A DNA stretch of 64,000 nt from Dehalococcoidia bacterium. Lineage in GTDB: Bacteria; Chloroflexota; Dehalococcoidia; Lucifugimonadales; UBA3495. Made by a program: the position numbers and the translations under genes. Positions 55,736 through 64,000 of this stretch are shown piece by piece. The notes beneath the pieces were generated by a model, which did not search any database, was not told the DNA's origin, and worked only from the letters and a program-made list of their open reading frames with translations. How positions within the stretch are numbered: the stretch's first letter is position 1; the number at the start of each line of letters is the position of its first letter. The stretch spans positions 720,318 through 784,317 of the forward strand of contig CBDCNN010000001.1 of NCBI GenBank assembly GCA_965219395.1. Direction: 5' to 3'.

Positions 55736-58030
55736 ATGGCAGAGTTCAACGTCCTTGGCAAGAACCACGTTCGAGTCGACGCGTTCGACAAGGTGACGGG
55801 CCACGCCACCTACGCGGGCGACGTCTACCTGCCCGAAATGCTGATGTGCAAGGTGCTCACCAGCCCTCGGAGCCACGCCCGCATCGTCAGCATCGACACG
55901 TCGGAGGCCGAAGCACTGCCAGGAGTCCGCGGCGTCATCACGGGCCACGACTTTCCCGACGTATTTTTCGGCTCCGGTGCGCTGCGGGACCGCCGGGTCA
56001 TGGCCCGCGATGAGGTGTTCTACGTCGGGGAGCCAGTGGCGGCGGTGGCGGCCGACGACGAGATCACGGCGGTTGAGGCGCTGTCGCTGATCGAGGTGGA
56101 GTACGAGGACCTGGACAGCGTGGTGGACCCGGTGGCGTCGCTGACAGGAGGCCAGGCCACGGTTCACCCCGACCTGGAGAACTTTGAGGGCTACGGATTC
56201 GCCCTCGGCGGCAACAACTGCACCATGCTGGACGCCGACCGTGGCGAGGTGGACGAGGCCTTTGCCCAGGCCGACCATATCATCGAGGAGACGTACCACA
56301 CGCAGCCCATCAACCAGGGCTTCCTGGAGCCCATGGCCTGCGTCACCAACGTGGAGGCCAACGGGCGGCTGACGGTATGGGCGTCCACGCAGGGGCCGTA
56401 CCAGATAAGGCAGCAGCTGGCCTCGGTGCTGGAAATGCCCATCGGCAACATCAAGATCATCGCCATGGAGATGGGCGGAGGGTTCGGCGCGAAGCTGAGG
56501 CTGGCCCTCGAGGCGTTCCCGGCCCTGCTGTCCATGAGGACCCACCGGCCAGTGAAGCTGGTCAACACCCGCGAGGAAACCTTTACGCTCAACGGCCCTC
56601 GCCTTGAGACCAACATCTACCTGAAGACCGCGGTCACCAATGATGGCAAGATCACCGCCCGCGAGGGCCGCAGCATCTTTGACGTGGGCGCATACTTGGG
56701 CGCCGGCCCCAACTCCGGCGTGGGACACGGGCTGGGGGCCTACGACATCCCCAACTTCCGGCTGCGGTCCTACGGCGTCTATACCAACAAGCTGTATGTA
56801 GGTTCCTATCGTGCCTCCGGCGTGGCAGATATGACATTTGCGGTGGAGTCGCACATGGACGTCATCGCCCACCGGCTGGGGCTGGACCCGCTGGAGTTCC
56901 GGCGCCTTAACGCGCTGAAAGAGGGCGACACCAGCGTCAGTGGCGCCCGCATCCCGCGCCACGGCCTAGCCGAGGTCATGGACGCTCTGCAGGATAAGAT
57001 GTCCCAGCCTCATAACGGTGCTGCCTCCGACGCCGACGACGGACGAATGGCCCGGGGCGTCGGCATAGCCGTCGGTGAGTGGCGAAGCGGCAGCGGCCCG
57101 TCCACCGCCTCCATCAGCTTGAACGAGGACGGAACCGCGGGATTGCTGACCGGCTCGGTGGACATCTCCGGCAGCGACACATCGCTGGCCCAGATTGCCG
57201 CCGAGGTGCTTGGCATTGAACTGGAACAGGTGATTGTGGCAAAGCGGGACACCGATCTGGCTCCCTTCACTGGCCCCAGCGGAGGCAGCCGCATCGTATA
57301 CAGCCAGGGCAAGGCGGTGCAGATGGCCGCCGAGGACGCCCGTGACAAGCTGCTGGCGCTGGCCGCCGACCGGCTGGGAGTGCAGGCCGACGCGCTGGAG
57401 TGCGAGGGCGGCGCGGTCTACGTCATGGACAACCCGCCGCAGACGCTGGGGCTGGGACAACTGGCCCGGATGAGCCTGTCGTCCCGCGGCGGACCCATCA
57501 TTGGAAATGCGTCTCTGTCGAGCATGCCCTACAACCCGGTATTCAACGCCCAGGGTGCTGAGGTTCTGGTTGACCGGGAGACCGGGCAGGTCAAGGTCAC
57601 GCGCTTCGTACAGGCCCAGGACGTGGGCCTCGCGGTGAACCCCATGGGCGTGGAGGGTCAGCTGGAGGGTGGCGCAGTGCAGGGCATTGGCCGGGCGCTG
57701 AGCGAGGAAATTCTGATCGACCCCGATTCCGGCCAGGTGCGCAACGCCTCGCTGGCTACCTACCTGATGCCGCTGGCAATAGACATGCCGGAGATCGAGA
57801 ACGTCCTGGTGGAGGTGCCCAGCGAGGATGGTCCCTTCGGAATCCGCGCCGTGGCCGAACCGCCGGGATTCGGACCGCCGGCTGCCATCGCCAACGCGAT
57901 CTACGACGCCGTGGGCGTCCGCATCCGCACCCTGCCGCTCAGCCCGGAGCGGGTGCTGGCCGCCATTCAGGGCCGCGAGCCTGATGACTACGGCCTGGAC
58001 GCGGAGGCCCTGCGCGCCGCCGAGGCCTAG
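55736..58030 (+). CDS. Molybdenum hydroxylase molybdopterin-binding large (CoxL-like) subunit
   Basis: 'VGKNHVRVDAFDKVTGHATYAGDV' aldehyde-oxidase/XDH a/b hammerhead start, 'GGGFGAK', 'GSYRASG', 'AEPP'. ATG at 55736 lies 6 nt after the small-subunit stop. Confidence 0.9.
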   Translation: MAEFNVLGKNHVRVDAFDKVTGHATYAGDVYLPEMLMCKVLTSPRSHARIVSIDTSEAEALPGVRGVITGHDFPDVFFGSGALRDRRVMARDEVFYVGEPVAAVAADDEITAVEALSLIEVEYEDLDSVVDPVASLTGGQATVHPDLENFEGYGFALGGNNCTMLDADRGEVDEAFAQADHIIEETYHTQPINQGFLEPMACVTNVEANGRLTVWASTQGPYQIRQQLASVLEMPIGNIKIIAMEMGGGFGAKLRLALEAFPALLSMRTHRPVKLVNTREETFTLNGPRLETNIYLKTAVTNDGKITAREGRSIFDVGAYLGAGPNSGVGHGLGAYDIPNFRLRSYGVYTNKLYVGSYRASGVADMTFAVESHMDVIAHRLGLDPLEFRRLNALKEGDTSVSGARIPRHGLAEVMDALQDKMSQPHNGAASDADDGRMARGVGIAVGEWRSGSGPSTASISLNEDGTAGLLTGSVDISGSDTSLAQIAAEVLGIELEQVIVAKRDTDLAPFTGPSGGSRIVYSQGKAVQMAAEDARDKLLALAADRLGVQADALECEGGAVYVMDNPPQTLGLGQLARMSLSSRGGPIIGNASLSSMPYNPVFNAQGAEVLVDRETGQVKVTRFVQAQDVGLAVNPMGVEGQLEGGAVQGIGRALSEEILIDPDSGQVRNASLATYLMPLAIDMPEIENVLVEVPSEDGPFGIRAVAEPPGFGPPAAIANAIYDAVGVRIRTLPLSPERVLAAIQGREPDDYGLDAEALRAAEA

Positions 58031-58147
58031 GCACGCCAGAATAGGCGATCGTAGACCTCACAAGCTGAGGCAAGAACTGGACCCCGCGACCAACCATTGT
58101 GGTCGCGGGGTCTACTGTGTTTGCGTTGGCAAATTCCTGCGCCAGAA

Positions 58148-58921
58148 CTAATGCTGGCCAATGAATTCCAACACCATGCCGTTCCAGATCTCGGGACGCT
58201 CCCAGAATCCCGCGTGCCCCGCCTCGGGCAAGGATACGAACCGCGAGGTCGGGATGTGGGCGGCCAGCATTCGCATCAGGGCTGGCGGAGACAGCAGGTC
58301 AGCCTCCCCGGATATGACAAGGGCCGGTACCTGCATGGTTTTCAAGCGAGCGTAGGTGATCGGCTCCCTCACGGGCTGCATGGGAACTGGACCGTCGGGC
58401 CTGCTGGCCTCCTCGATCTCCAGCCAGCGTTTCGCGCCCTCCGGATTGGTGCCGCGATAGGAGGGTCCAACCTCGCGCAGCTCCACCGGCAGGTTCTGGA
58501 TTTCCGGCGGACGGAGACGGTGTTGTACCTCCAGGTACTCCTCGTCCTGGACCCCGCCGATGGTGTTGGCCACCACCAGGCTACGCACCCGCTCCGGGTG
58601 GGACAGCGCGTAGTCGAGGGACGGTATTCCGCCCGCCGCAGTCCCAACGAGGTGGACACGATCAAGAGACAGGCTATCTACCAGGGAATGCAGGTCGTCG
58701 CCAAGATATCCGGGCTGATGCGCCGGATCGGTGGCCCTGGACCATCCCCAAGTGCGCCGGTCGTAGGTGATACAACGGTAGCCTGCGGTTGTGAATGCCG
58801 GCAGTTGATGCACCCAGCATTCACAGGTGCCGGAGGCGGCATGGAGGAAGACCACCGGTGGGCCGTCGCCGCCGGTGTCCTCGTACCACAGATCGACTCC
58901 GGGCAAAGTCAGGTAAGGCAA
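58148..58921 (-). CDS. Alpha/beta-fold hydrolase
   Basis: 'PPVVFLHAASGTCECW...VHLVGTAAGG...SGEADLL'. Confidence 0.85.
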   Translation of the reverse strand: MPYLTLPGVDLWYEDTGGDGPPVVFLHAASGTCECWVHQLPAFTTAGYRCITYDRRTWGWSRATDPAHQPGYLGDDLHSLVDSLSLDRVHLVGTAAGGIPSLDYALSHPERVRSLVVANTIGGVQDEEYLEVQHRLRPPEIQNLPVELREVGPSYRGTNPEGAKRWLEIEEASRPDGPVPMQPVREPITYARLKTMQVPALVISGEADLLSPPALMRMLAAHIPTSRFVSLPEAGHAGFWERPEIWNGMVLEFIGQH

Positions 58922-59092
58922 TGCAATCTAACCTCTCGACCACAAATCTCGGAAAGCAAGATTATTGGAAATAGGCAGCTATCACAGAACTAACGGACAA
59001 TCAGACAGTCCAGGGAAGAGGCGCCATTGAATGAGAGGAGAGGACCCTAGGGAGGCAGGAGGTCAAAATCGGCCGGTTGTAGAGGGAGATCT

Positions 59093-59168
59093 TGGAGGCG
59101 ACGGGCGGATTCGAACCGCCGCATAGAGGTTTTGCAGACCTCCGCCTTAACCGCTTGGCTACGTCGCC
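59093..59168 (-). tRNA. tRNA-Cys (GCA), CCA encoded
   Basis: GGCGACG/CGTCGCC acceptor, anticodon arm GAGGT-CTGCAAA-ACCTC, T-arm GGCGG-TTCGAAT-CCGCC, 76 nt. Confidence 0.9.
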
Positions 59169-59218
59169 CTGACTGTGCGCGGCCCCGGATTTCGGGGTCG
59201 GCCCGCTTGGCCTTTAAG

Positions 59219-59305
59219 TGGTGCCGAGGGCGGGATTTGAACCCACACAGGCGCACGCCCACTGCCCCCTCAAGACAGCGTGTCTACCAATTCCACCACC
59301 TCGGC
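59219..59305 (-). tRNA. tRNA-Leu (GAG), long variable arm, CCA encoded
   Basis: GCCGAGG/CCTCGGC acceptor, anticodon arm CTGTC-TTGAGGG-GGCAG, T-arm GTGGG-TTCAAAT-CCCGC, 87 nt. Confidence 0.9.
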
Positions 59306-59520
59306 CAGGCCAGTAGACGCGTATTATAGCACCCTGTTTAGCCCTGCAACACCCTGCCGCTGGTTCGGAAAGCGCGCCATATCAGGTGGCTATGTGCAAA
59401 GAACGGTACTGGCACAAGGATAGGGTCCGCAGCGCTCGCAACCCTCACATCGAAAAACTGGAGGCTATCGAGCGACCACCGCACTCGGCATATTGCGGGA
59501 GCGGGGCTGCCGGTTACTGA

Positions 59521-59548
59521 TATAATCCAGCCGCTATAATCCAGCCGC
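59521..59548 (+). promoter_or_regulatory. Tandem 14-bp duplication TATAATCCAGCCGC x2 (two -10-like boxes) 40-67 nt upstream of the HAD gene
   Basis: Exact tandem repeat seen in the sequence. Promoter function is conjecture. Confidence 0.3.
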
Positions 59549-59587
59549 CAAAATTCCATTAGCCTCCCTGGTCTGACGGAGTCCACG

Positions 59588-60289
59588 ATGCCCCCTTTTG
59601 ACCCTCGCTCTATCCGAGCCATCACCTTTGACCTCTACGGTACCCTGCTCGATCTAGAGGCTACGTTTGCGCCCGCTTTCGCCAGTTTCCTGCAGGAGCG
59701 GGACATTGATCTGGATGCGGCCGAGCTGGTGCGAACGTTGGAGTGGGTCTACCTCCACGAGGGGATGGTGGACATGTTTCTAGGCGGACCCCGTACCCCC
59801 TTTGAGCTACTCCGGCGAACCACCCTCTCGCAGCTCTTCTCGCGCATTGGCATCGAACACAGCAGGGACGACATCGAGGACCTGCTGGGCAACCGCGTAA
59901 CTCCCACTCTGTTCCCTGACGTCGCTGAGTCGCTGGCCGCAATGCGGGACCGGTACACGCTGTCGGTGCTTTCTAACGGAGACCTGGCGGTGCTGGAGCG
60001 GATTGTTTCAACACTGGGCATTCCCGTCCACCGCACCATCTCCGTGGAGCAGGCCGGATGCTACAAGCCGGACCAGCGGGTATACCGCAAGGCCATCGAA
60101 CTGCTGGCGGCAGATGCCGGGAACGTCCTGCACGTGGCCGCCCACGCGTGGGATATTCGCGCTGCCAGGGTTGCCGGAATGCAGGGCGCCTACATTGACC
60201 GCCACTCCATTCCTTACGCGCCCTTTTCCGACGAGTGCCCGGAAATCGAAACCGCGAATCTGCCGGAACTGGCGGCCATCCTGGCTTAG
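59588..60289 (+). CDS. HAD-superfamily hydrolase, haloacid dehalogenase type II-like
   Basis: 'ITFDLYGTLLDLE', 'LSNGD', 'YKPDQRVY', 'VAAHAWDIRAA'. Confidence 0.85.
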   Translation: MPPFDPRSIRAITFDLYGTLLDLEATFAPAFASFLQERDIDLDAAELVRTLEWVYLHEGMVDMFLGGPRTPFELLRRTTLSQLFSRIGIEHSRDDIEDLLGNRVTPTLFPDVAESLAAMRDRYTLSVLSNGDLAVLERIVSTLGIPVHRTISVEQAGCYKPDQRVYRKAIELLAADAGNVLHVAAHAWDIRAARVAGMQGAYIDRHSIPYAPFSDECPEIETANLPELAAILA

Positions 60290-60360
60290 GTTGCCCTGTC
60301 AGATTGCCACTACCCTGCCAATCGTATTGGCATCGTTCGTAACAGCCACCCCGGAGAGGT

Positions 60361-60981
60361 TTGATGAGCATCCGTTACGGGATAGACCTGGTGCTGGAGC
60401 CTGCCTTTACGGCGAAGGTCTACCAGACCCGCCAGATTGTCTGCGGCCAGTATTCCTCTTGGGCCGCCGAAATGCAGATGCTGCGGATGCCTCTCACCCC
60501 GTACTTCCCCTGCACAGACGACCGGCTGTCGCTATTGGCATCCGGAGTGGAAGAGATTGCTGGTGGGACCAGCAATGAGAGGCCGTACCAACTGAGCCGC
60601 AGAGGCATAGTGGCCGACCCCACAATGAACGGTGTGGTGATTGAATTTGACGCGCCGACTCCGCTTATGGAACTCCAGCGCAAGTGCTGGGAAAAAGCAC
60701 AGAGCGTCTTTGACGCCTCGCATTCCGGTCTGCAGTTTCAACCGCGCATCGCCCTGCTGGAATACGGGGTATTCCCGGAGGCCATCCTTGCCGACGCTGT
60801 CGAATTCGCCAACGGCATCGCAACTGGGCTGGGGACGGGCCACTCGGGCCAGCCCTGGCGACTGCTGTTGACGCGCTACTCATCCGATGCGGCCGGTGAC
60901 GACTGGAGCAACGGCCGCTGGGCAGTGGACCTGTCGTGGCAGCAGCTGCGGAGTTACCAGGTGTACGCACAGGGGACCTAA
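60361..60981 (+). CDS. Hypothetical protein (206 aa); stop codon supplied by the MITE end
   Basis: ORF with no recognisable motif. TAA at 60979-60981 coincides with the first bases of the MITE. Confidence 0.55.
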   Translation: MMSIRYGIDLVLEPAFTAKVYQTRQIVCGQYSSWAAEMQMLRMPLTPYFPCTDDRLSLLASGVEEIAGGTSNERPYQLSRRGIVADPTMNGVVIEFDAPTPLMELQRKCWEKAQSVFDASHSGLQFQPRIALLEYGVFPEAILADAVEFANGIATGLGTGHSGQPWRLLLTRYSSDAAGDDWSNGRWAVDLSWQQLRSYQVYAQGT

Positions 60982-61128
60982 ACTGAAGCCAAGGTGAAAT
61001 GTACATATTGCCAGACCACGCTGTCGGTGGCGACCCAGTTGGGACTGAATGTCAGTTGAGGAGCCGTGGCGGTTCTTTCGGTCCTCATCAAGATCCCGAA
61101 ATGCACATCCCACCTTGGTATTGGTTTA
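60979..61128. mobile_element. ~150-bp MITE derived from the IS630-family element at 30749-31855
   Basis: Ends are 'CTAAACTGAAGCCAAGGTGAAATGTACAT' and 'AAATGCACATCCCACCTTGGTATTGGTTTAG'. The IS ends are 'CTAAACCAAAGCCAAGGTGAAACCTGCAT' and 'AAATGCACATCCCACCTTGGCTTTGGTTTAG'. There is no ORF inside. Confidence 0.75.
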
Positions 61129-61200
61129 GGAATTCGGGATGTTGGACTCGGTCAAGAAACATGGTGAGGAGAAAGGAGAGAGGGCCGGGGCTGTGGACCA

Positions 61201-61542
61201 TCACTCTTCTTGTAGGATGGCATGAACCTCGAAAACCAAAATTGGCAACTTGCGCTGAAGTATATCCCACACGACGCTGTTGTCCACGGAGCGGTATCGG
61301 TGAATCAGGAGGTTTCGGAATGCGATGATTCGCCGGTATTCGGTGATATGGGAAACTATCGCTTGGTCACGATTTGCTAGTCTTGATACAGCCTCTCCGA
61401 TTATTCCGAATTGGCGTTACGTTGCTGAACGCAATAAAGGGTTGCTGGTGTATTCCCCTAAAGTCATGTGGGCGGTGAATTCATTCAGCAGACTTGCCGC
61501 ATCTAGAATGTCATTTAGGTAATGCTGGAATTCAGGTTCCAT
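61201..61542 (-). pseudogene. HEPN (DUF86) toxin with in-frame TAA (61417-61419)
   Basis: 'MEPEFQHYLNDILDAASLLNEFTAHMTLGEYTSNPLLRSAT*RQFGIIGEAVSRLANRDQAIVSHITEYRRIIAFRNLLIHRYRSVDNSVVWDIL'. The stop replaces the usual E of '..ER.FEIIGEA', and the RNxxxH motif lies downstream of it. Confidence 0.75.
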
Positions 61543-61846
61543 AGAGCTTGACTTTGTTAGCCACGACGCTTGGCCGAAAAAACGGGTTTGTCGCCATCGC
61601 ATTGGTAGTCGTCAGTTCAACCGGCAACCCGAAAAGCATCTCCAGTGATTCCAGCAGACCGAAGTACGCATCGGCGTAAGCGCCTCGCGCAGAGGGCTTG
61701 AAATCCACTAAGAAATTCAGGCTGTCATTTTCTGTTAAAGAATCGGCAGTGACTGCTTTGCCGTAAAGGTCCAGCCGGGCCACATGATGTAGCTTGCAGA
61801 TTTCCGACAATTCAGCGGTTCTGTCATTCACATCGGATATCATCAT
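61532..61846 (-). CDS. MNT-type nucleotidyltransferase antitoxin (104 aa)
   Basis: 'VARLDLYGKAVT...SLNFLVDF' (G-S/x...D.D-type NTase core). It overlaps the HEPN start by 11 nt. Confidence 0.75.
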   Translation of the reverse strand: MMISDVNDRTAELSEICKLHHVARLDLYGKAVTADSLTENDSLNFLVDFKPSARGAYADAYFGLLESLEMLFGLPVELTTTNAMATNPFFRPSVVANKVKLYGT

Positions 61847-61993
61847 CTCTCTCCTAGTCCATTGCTCAGAGTATACTTGCGTCTATTCCACGGTCATGTT
61901 GGACGTGCGCCTCCAGTGAGCGCTATTGGCAGCCGTGCGCCGCTCTGCGGTATCATTCGGCAATCAATTCCACCCAATTCAGGAGAACGCGTG

Positions 61994-62854
61994 ATGAAAG
62001 CCACCACCAAGCTGCGACAGATGCTCAACTCCGACGACATGGTCGTCGCCCCCTTCGTCCTTAACGCTCTACACGCCAAGATCGCGGAGTCTGTGGGGTT
62101 CCAGGCCGTTTACATGACCGGCGCAGGCACCGCCGCCGAGCGGGGATTCCCGGACGTCGGCCTGCTCACCATGACCGAGATGGTCTCCAACGCCAAGTAC
62201 ATCGCCAACGCCGTGGACATTCCTGTGATCTGTGACTCCGACTCCGGCTACGGGAACCCCCTGAACGTAATACGGTCGGTGCAGGAGTACGAGGCCGCCG
62301 GTGTGGCCGCGATCCACATCGAGGACCAGGTCTTTCCCAAAAAGTGCGGCTTCTTCGAGGGCAAGCAGGTCATTCCAGTCGAGGACCACGTTCAGAAGAT
62401 CCGCGCCGCGCTCGACGCCCGCAAGGACCCCGACTTTGTAATTATCGCCCGCTGCGATGCCTATGCTGTTACCGGCTGGGAGGACACCATCCGCCGCTGC
62501 AAGGCCTACGTGGAGGCGGGCGCAGACGTGGTGTTTGTTGACGGCATCAAGAGCCAGGAGGACATCCAGAACTACGCCAAGGACATGGCCGATATGCCCA
62601 GGATGTACAACGGCGACCTGATGAACACCAACGACCTCAACGACTTAGGCTACAAGATCACGATCTGCGGCAGCACCATCTGGCTCATCTACCAGCAGGT
62701 CAAGGATTCCTTCGAAGAGCTAAAGGCCACCGGCGCCGTCGACCCCAGCCGCTTCGCCACCCGCTGGGACGTCGCCTCACTGCTAGGCTTGGGCGAGATC
62801 TACGAGCTGGAGCGCAAGTACGGCGTCAGCGACACCGTCCCGACCAACGTGTAG
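61994..62854 (+). CDS. Isocitrate lyase/PEP mutase superfamily enzyme (methylisocitrate lyase / carboxyvinyl-carboxyphosphonate phosphorylmutase-like)
   Basis: 'AVYMTGAG...GFPDVGLLTMTEM...PVICDSDSGYGN...AAIHIEDQVFPKKCGF...IIARCDA'. AGGAGA lies 8 nt upstream of the ATG. Confidence 0.85.
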   Translation: MKATTKLRQMLNSDDMVVAPFVLNALHAKIAESVGFQAVYMTGAGTAAERGFPDVGLLTMTEMVSNAKYIANAVDIPVICDSDSGYGNPLNVIRSVQEYEAAGVAAIHIEDQVFPKKCGFFEGKQVIPVEDHVQKIRAALDARKDPDFVIIARCDAYAVTGWEDTIRRCKAYVEAGADVVFVDGIKSQEDIQNYAKDMADMPRMYNGDLMNTNDLNDLGYKITICGSTIWLIYQQVKDSFEELKATGAVDPSRFATRWDVASLLGLGEIYELERKYGVSDTVPTNV

Positions 62855-62920
62855 GCTGCGGGCTCTAACCGCTATAATGGGCATTAGCCACTTGTCCCCG
62901 ACGGGGAGCCGGAGCAAGAC

Positions 62921-63475
62921 ATGGCAACGATGCTTAAGCTGATGACCGCCGAGGAACTGCTGCTGCTGCCGGATGATGGTATGCAGCGGGAACTGATCCG
63001 CGGGGTGTTGACGGAGGATATGCCGCCAGGAGACGAACACGGAGTGCTGGTGGCTCACATCGCTTGGCTTCTCACTAGCTACGCTTACGAAAATAGCCAC
63101 GGACAGGTGCGGGCTGGCGATTCGGGGTTTGTTCTGGAACACGATCCAGACACGGTTAGGGGCCCCGACGTCGCTTGGGTGTCGTCAGACCGTCTTTCGG
63201 CGCCCGTGGTGGGCTACGCCGACTTGGCCCCAGATCTCGTCGTGGAGGTCAAATCTCCCAGCAACTCCAACCGCGAGATGGCGGACAGGGCGTTGATGTG
63301 GCTCTCTCACGGCACCCGAATGGCCGTGGTGGCAGATCCGGCGCGCACCACGCTCACCGTTTACTGTCCCAATCAGCCCCCACAGGTGCTGGGTGACTTC
63401 GACGTGTTTGACGGCGGTGATATTCTTCCCGGTTTCTCGGAGCCGGTTTGGAGGTTCTTCCGCCCCCGCGAGTAG
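62921..63475 (+). CDS. Uma2-family (DUF820) PD-(D/E)xK endonuclease
   Basis: 'MTAEELLLLPDDGMQRELIRGVL...GPDVAWVS...APDLVVEVKSPSNS'. Confidence 0.85.
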   Translation: MATMLKLMTAEELLLLPDDGMQRELIRGVLTEDMPPGDEHGVLVAHIAWLLTSYAYENSHGQVRAGDSGFVLEHDPDTVRGPDVAWVSSDRLSAPVVGYADLAPDLVVEVKSPSNSNREMADRALMWLSHGTRMAVVADPARTTLTVYCPNQPPQVLGDFDVFDGGDILPGFSEPVWRFFRPRE

Positions 63476-63628
63476 TGCCTGCCCCACGCGGCGGAACCAG
63501 AACGGCAATGGCAGAAACTCTTAACCCCGTCGGCCCTGAGCAGCCCAGAGACCGACGGGGGTCGTTTTTGTCCTTTGAGTCGGTCTCTGCTTCTTGGTAT
63601 TGCTGCGGGTGTCTCGGAAACCAGCCGG

Positions 63629-64000
63629 TCAGTGCCCGCGGTGCTCCTGGAAATCCCGCTCGGTGGTCTCTGCCTCTACCTGCTGGTACTCTGGCAGGCT
63701 GATCAGAGCCTCCACACCGGCGCGCATCTCGGCCACCCTTGGTGCGTTTATGCCGATGTGGCCGGTGTCGCGCAGGCTCTCGTAGATTTGCCTTATGCCG
63801 TCCACCGCCGCGATGATGGATGAGGTTGCGTAGATCAGGAACTGGCAGCCGAGATCCCGGTACTCGTCAACGGTGATGTCGTCGGCACCGGCGATCACCA
63901 TCAGCGGAATGTCGGGCACTCCCCGTCGGAACGTGGCCAGGTCCTCCCGGCTGCGGACACCGCGGGGCATTACCAGGTCCACGCCGAGGTCCTTCAGCGC
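63629..64000 (-). CDS. 5'-partial (runs off the window) isocitrate lyase/PEP mutase superfamily protein, C-terminal part
   Basis: The frame is open to the window edge. 'PLMVIAGADDITVDEYRDLGCQFLIYATSSIIAAVDGIRQIYESLRDTG' resembles the C-terminal barrel strands of this superfamily. Confidence 0.55.
   Translation of the reverse strand, partial: ALKDLGVDLVMPRGVRSREDLATFRRGVPDIPLMVIAGADDITVDEYRDLGCQFLIYATSSIIAAVDGIRQIYESLRDTGHIGINAPRVAEMRAGVEALISLPEYQQVEAETTERDFQEHRGH

Overview
High-GC window (spot counts about 65-67% GC in the flanks) that looks bacterial and falls into three parts. (1) 1-19.4 kb holds three same-strand paralogous giant repeat proteins: a 5'-partial one of more than 858 aa, one of 3547 aa and one of 1950 aa. 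They are built from about 27 copies of a ~97-aa repeat plus FN3-like modules. The first carries a PEP/pyruvate-binding ATP-grasp domain, the second an embedded HExxH module, the third a cadherin-like module. (2) About 19.76-49.08 kb is a lower-GC (spot count ~48%), heavily decayed mobile/defence island. Its left edge is a Tn3-type inverted repeat and its right edge is a 5' half of tRNA-Leu(UAA). It contains a Tn3 transposase stub, two broken serine recombinases, two IS630-family elements (one split by a nested IS110), an IS1182/IS5-like stub, a tyrosine-recombinase stub, a Rep protein with a DnaA_N-like tail and an Xis-like HTH gene. Candidate immunity genes in the island are listed next. The most interesting is a translationally coupled three-gene operon of SIR2-like effector, 203-aa unknown and SMC/Rad50-like ATPase with a CxxC hook; its architecture is Lamassu / ABC-3C-like, which I cannot confirm without searches. 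The others are a frameshifted PD-(D/E)xK protein with triple 'FSLD..SAL.RL' repeats, an OLD/PARIS-like ATPase-Toprim protein, a 1045-aa single-chain nuclease-methyltransferase-TRD enzyme coupled by an ATGA overlap to a relB/dinJ-yafQ pair whose toxin has an in-frame stop, and a CoiA-like nuclease. (3) 49.1-64 kb looks like core genome. It encodes msrA, two PuuE/polysaccharide-deacetylase paralogs, a CDF-like transporter, a three-subunit molybdenum hydroxylase, a hydrolase, tRNA-Cys, tRNA-Leu(GAG), a HAD enzyme, an MNT/HEPN pair with a nonsense-mutated toxin, PEP-mutase/ICL-family enzymes and a Uma2 nuclease. This part also has two REP-like hairpin families and a 150-bp MITE derived from the island's IS630. 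All family assignments come from motif recognition by eye. No database search was run.
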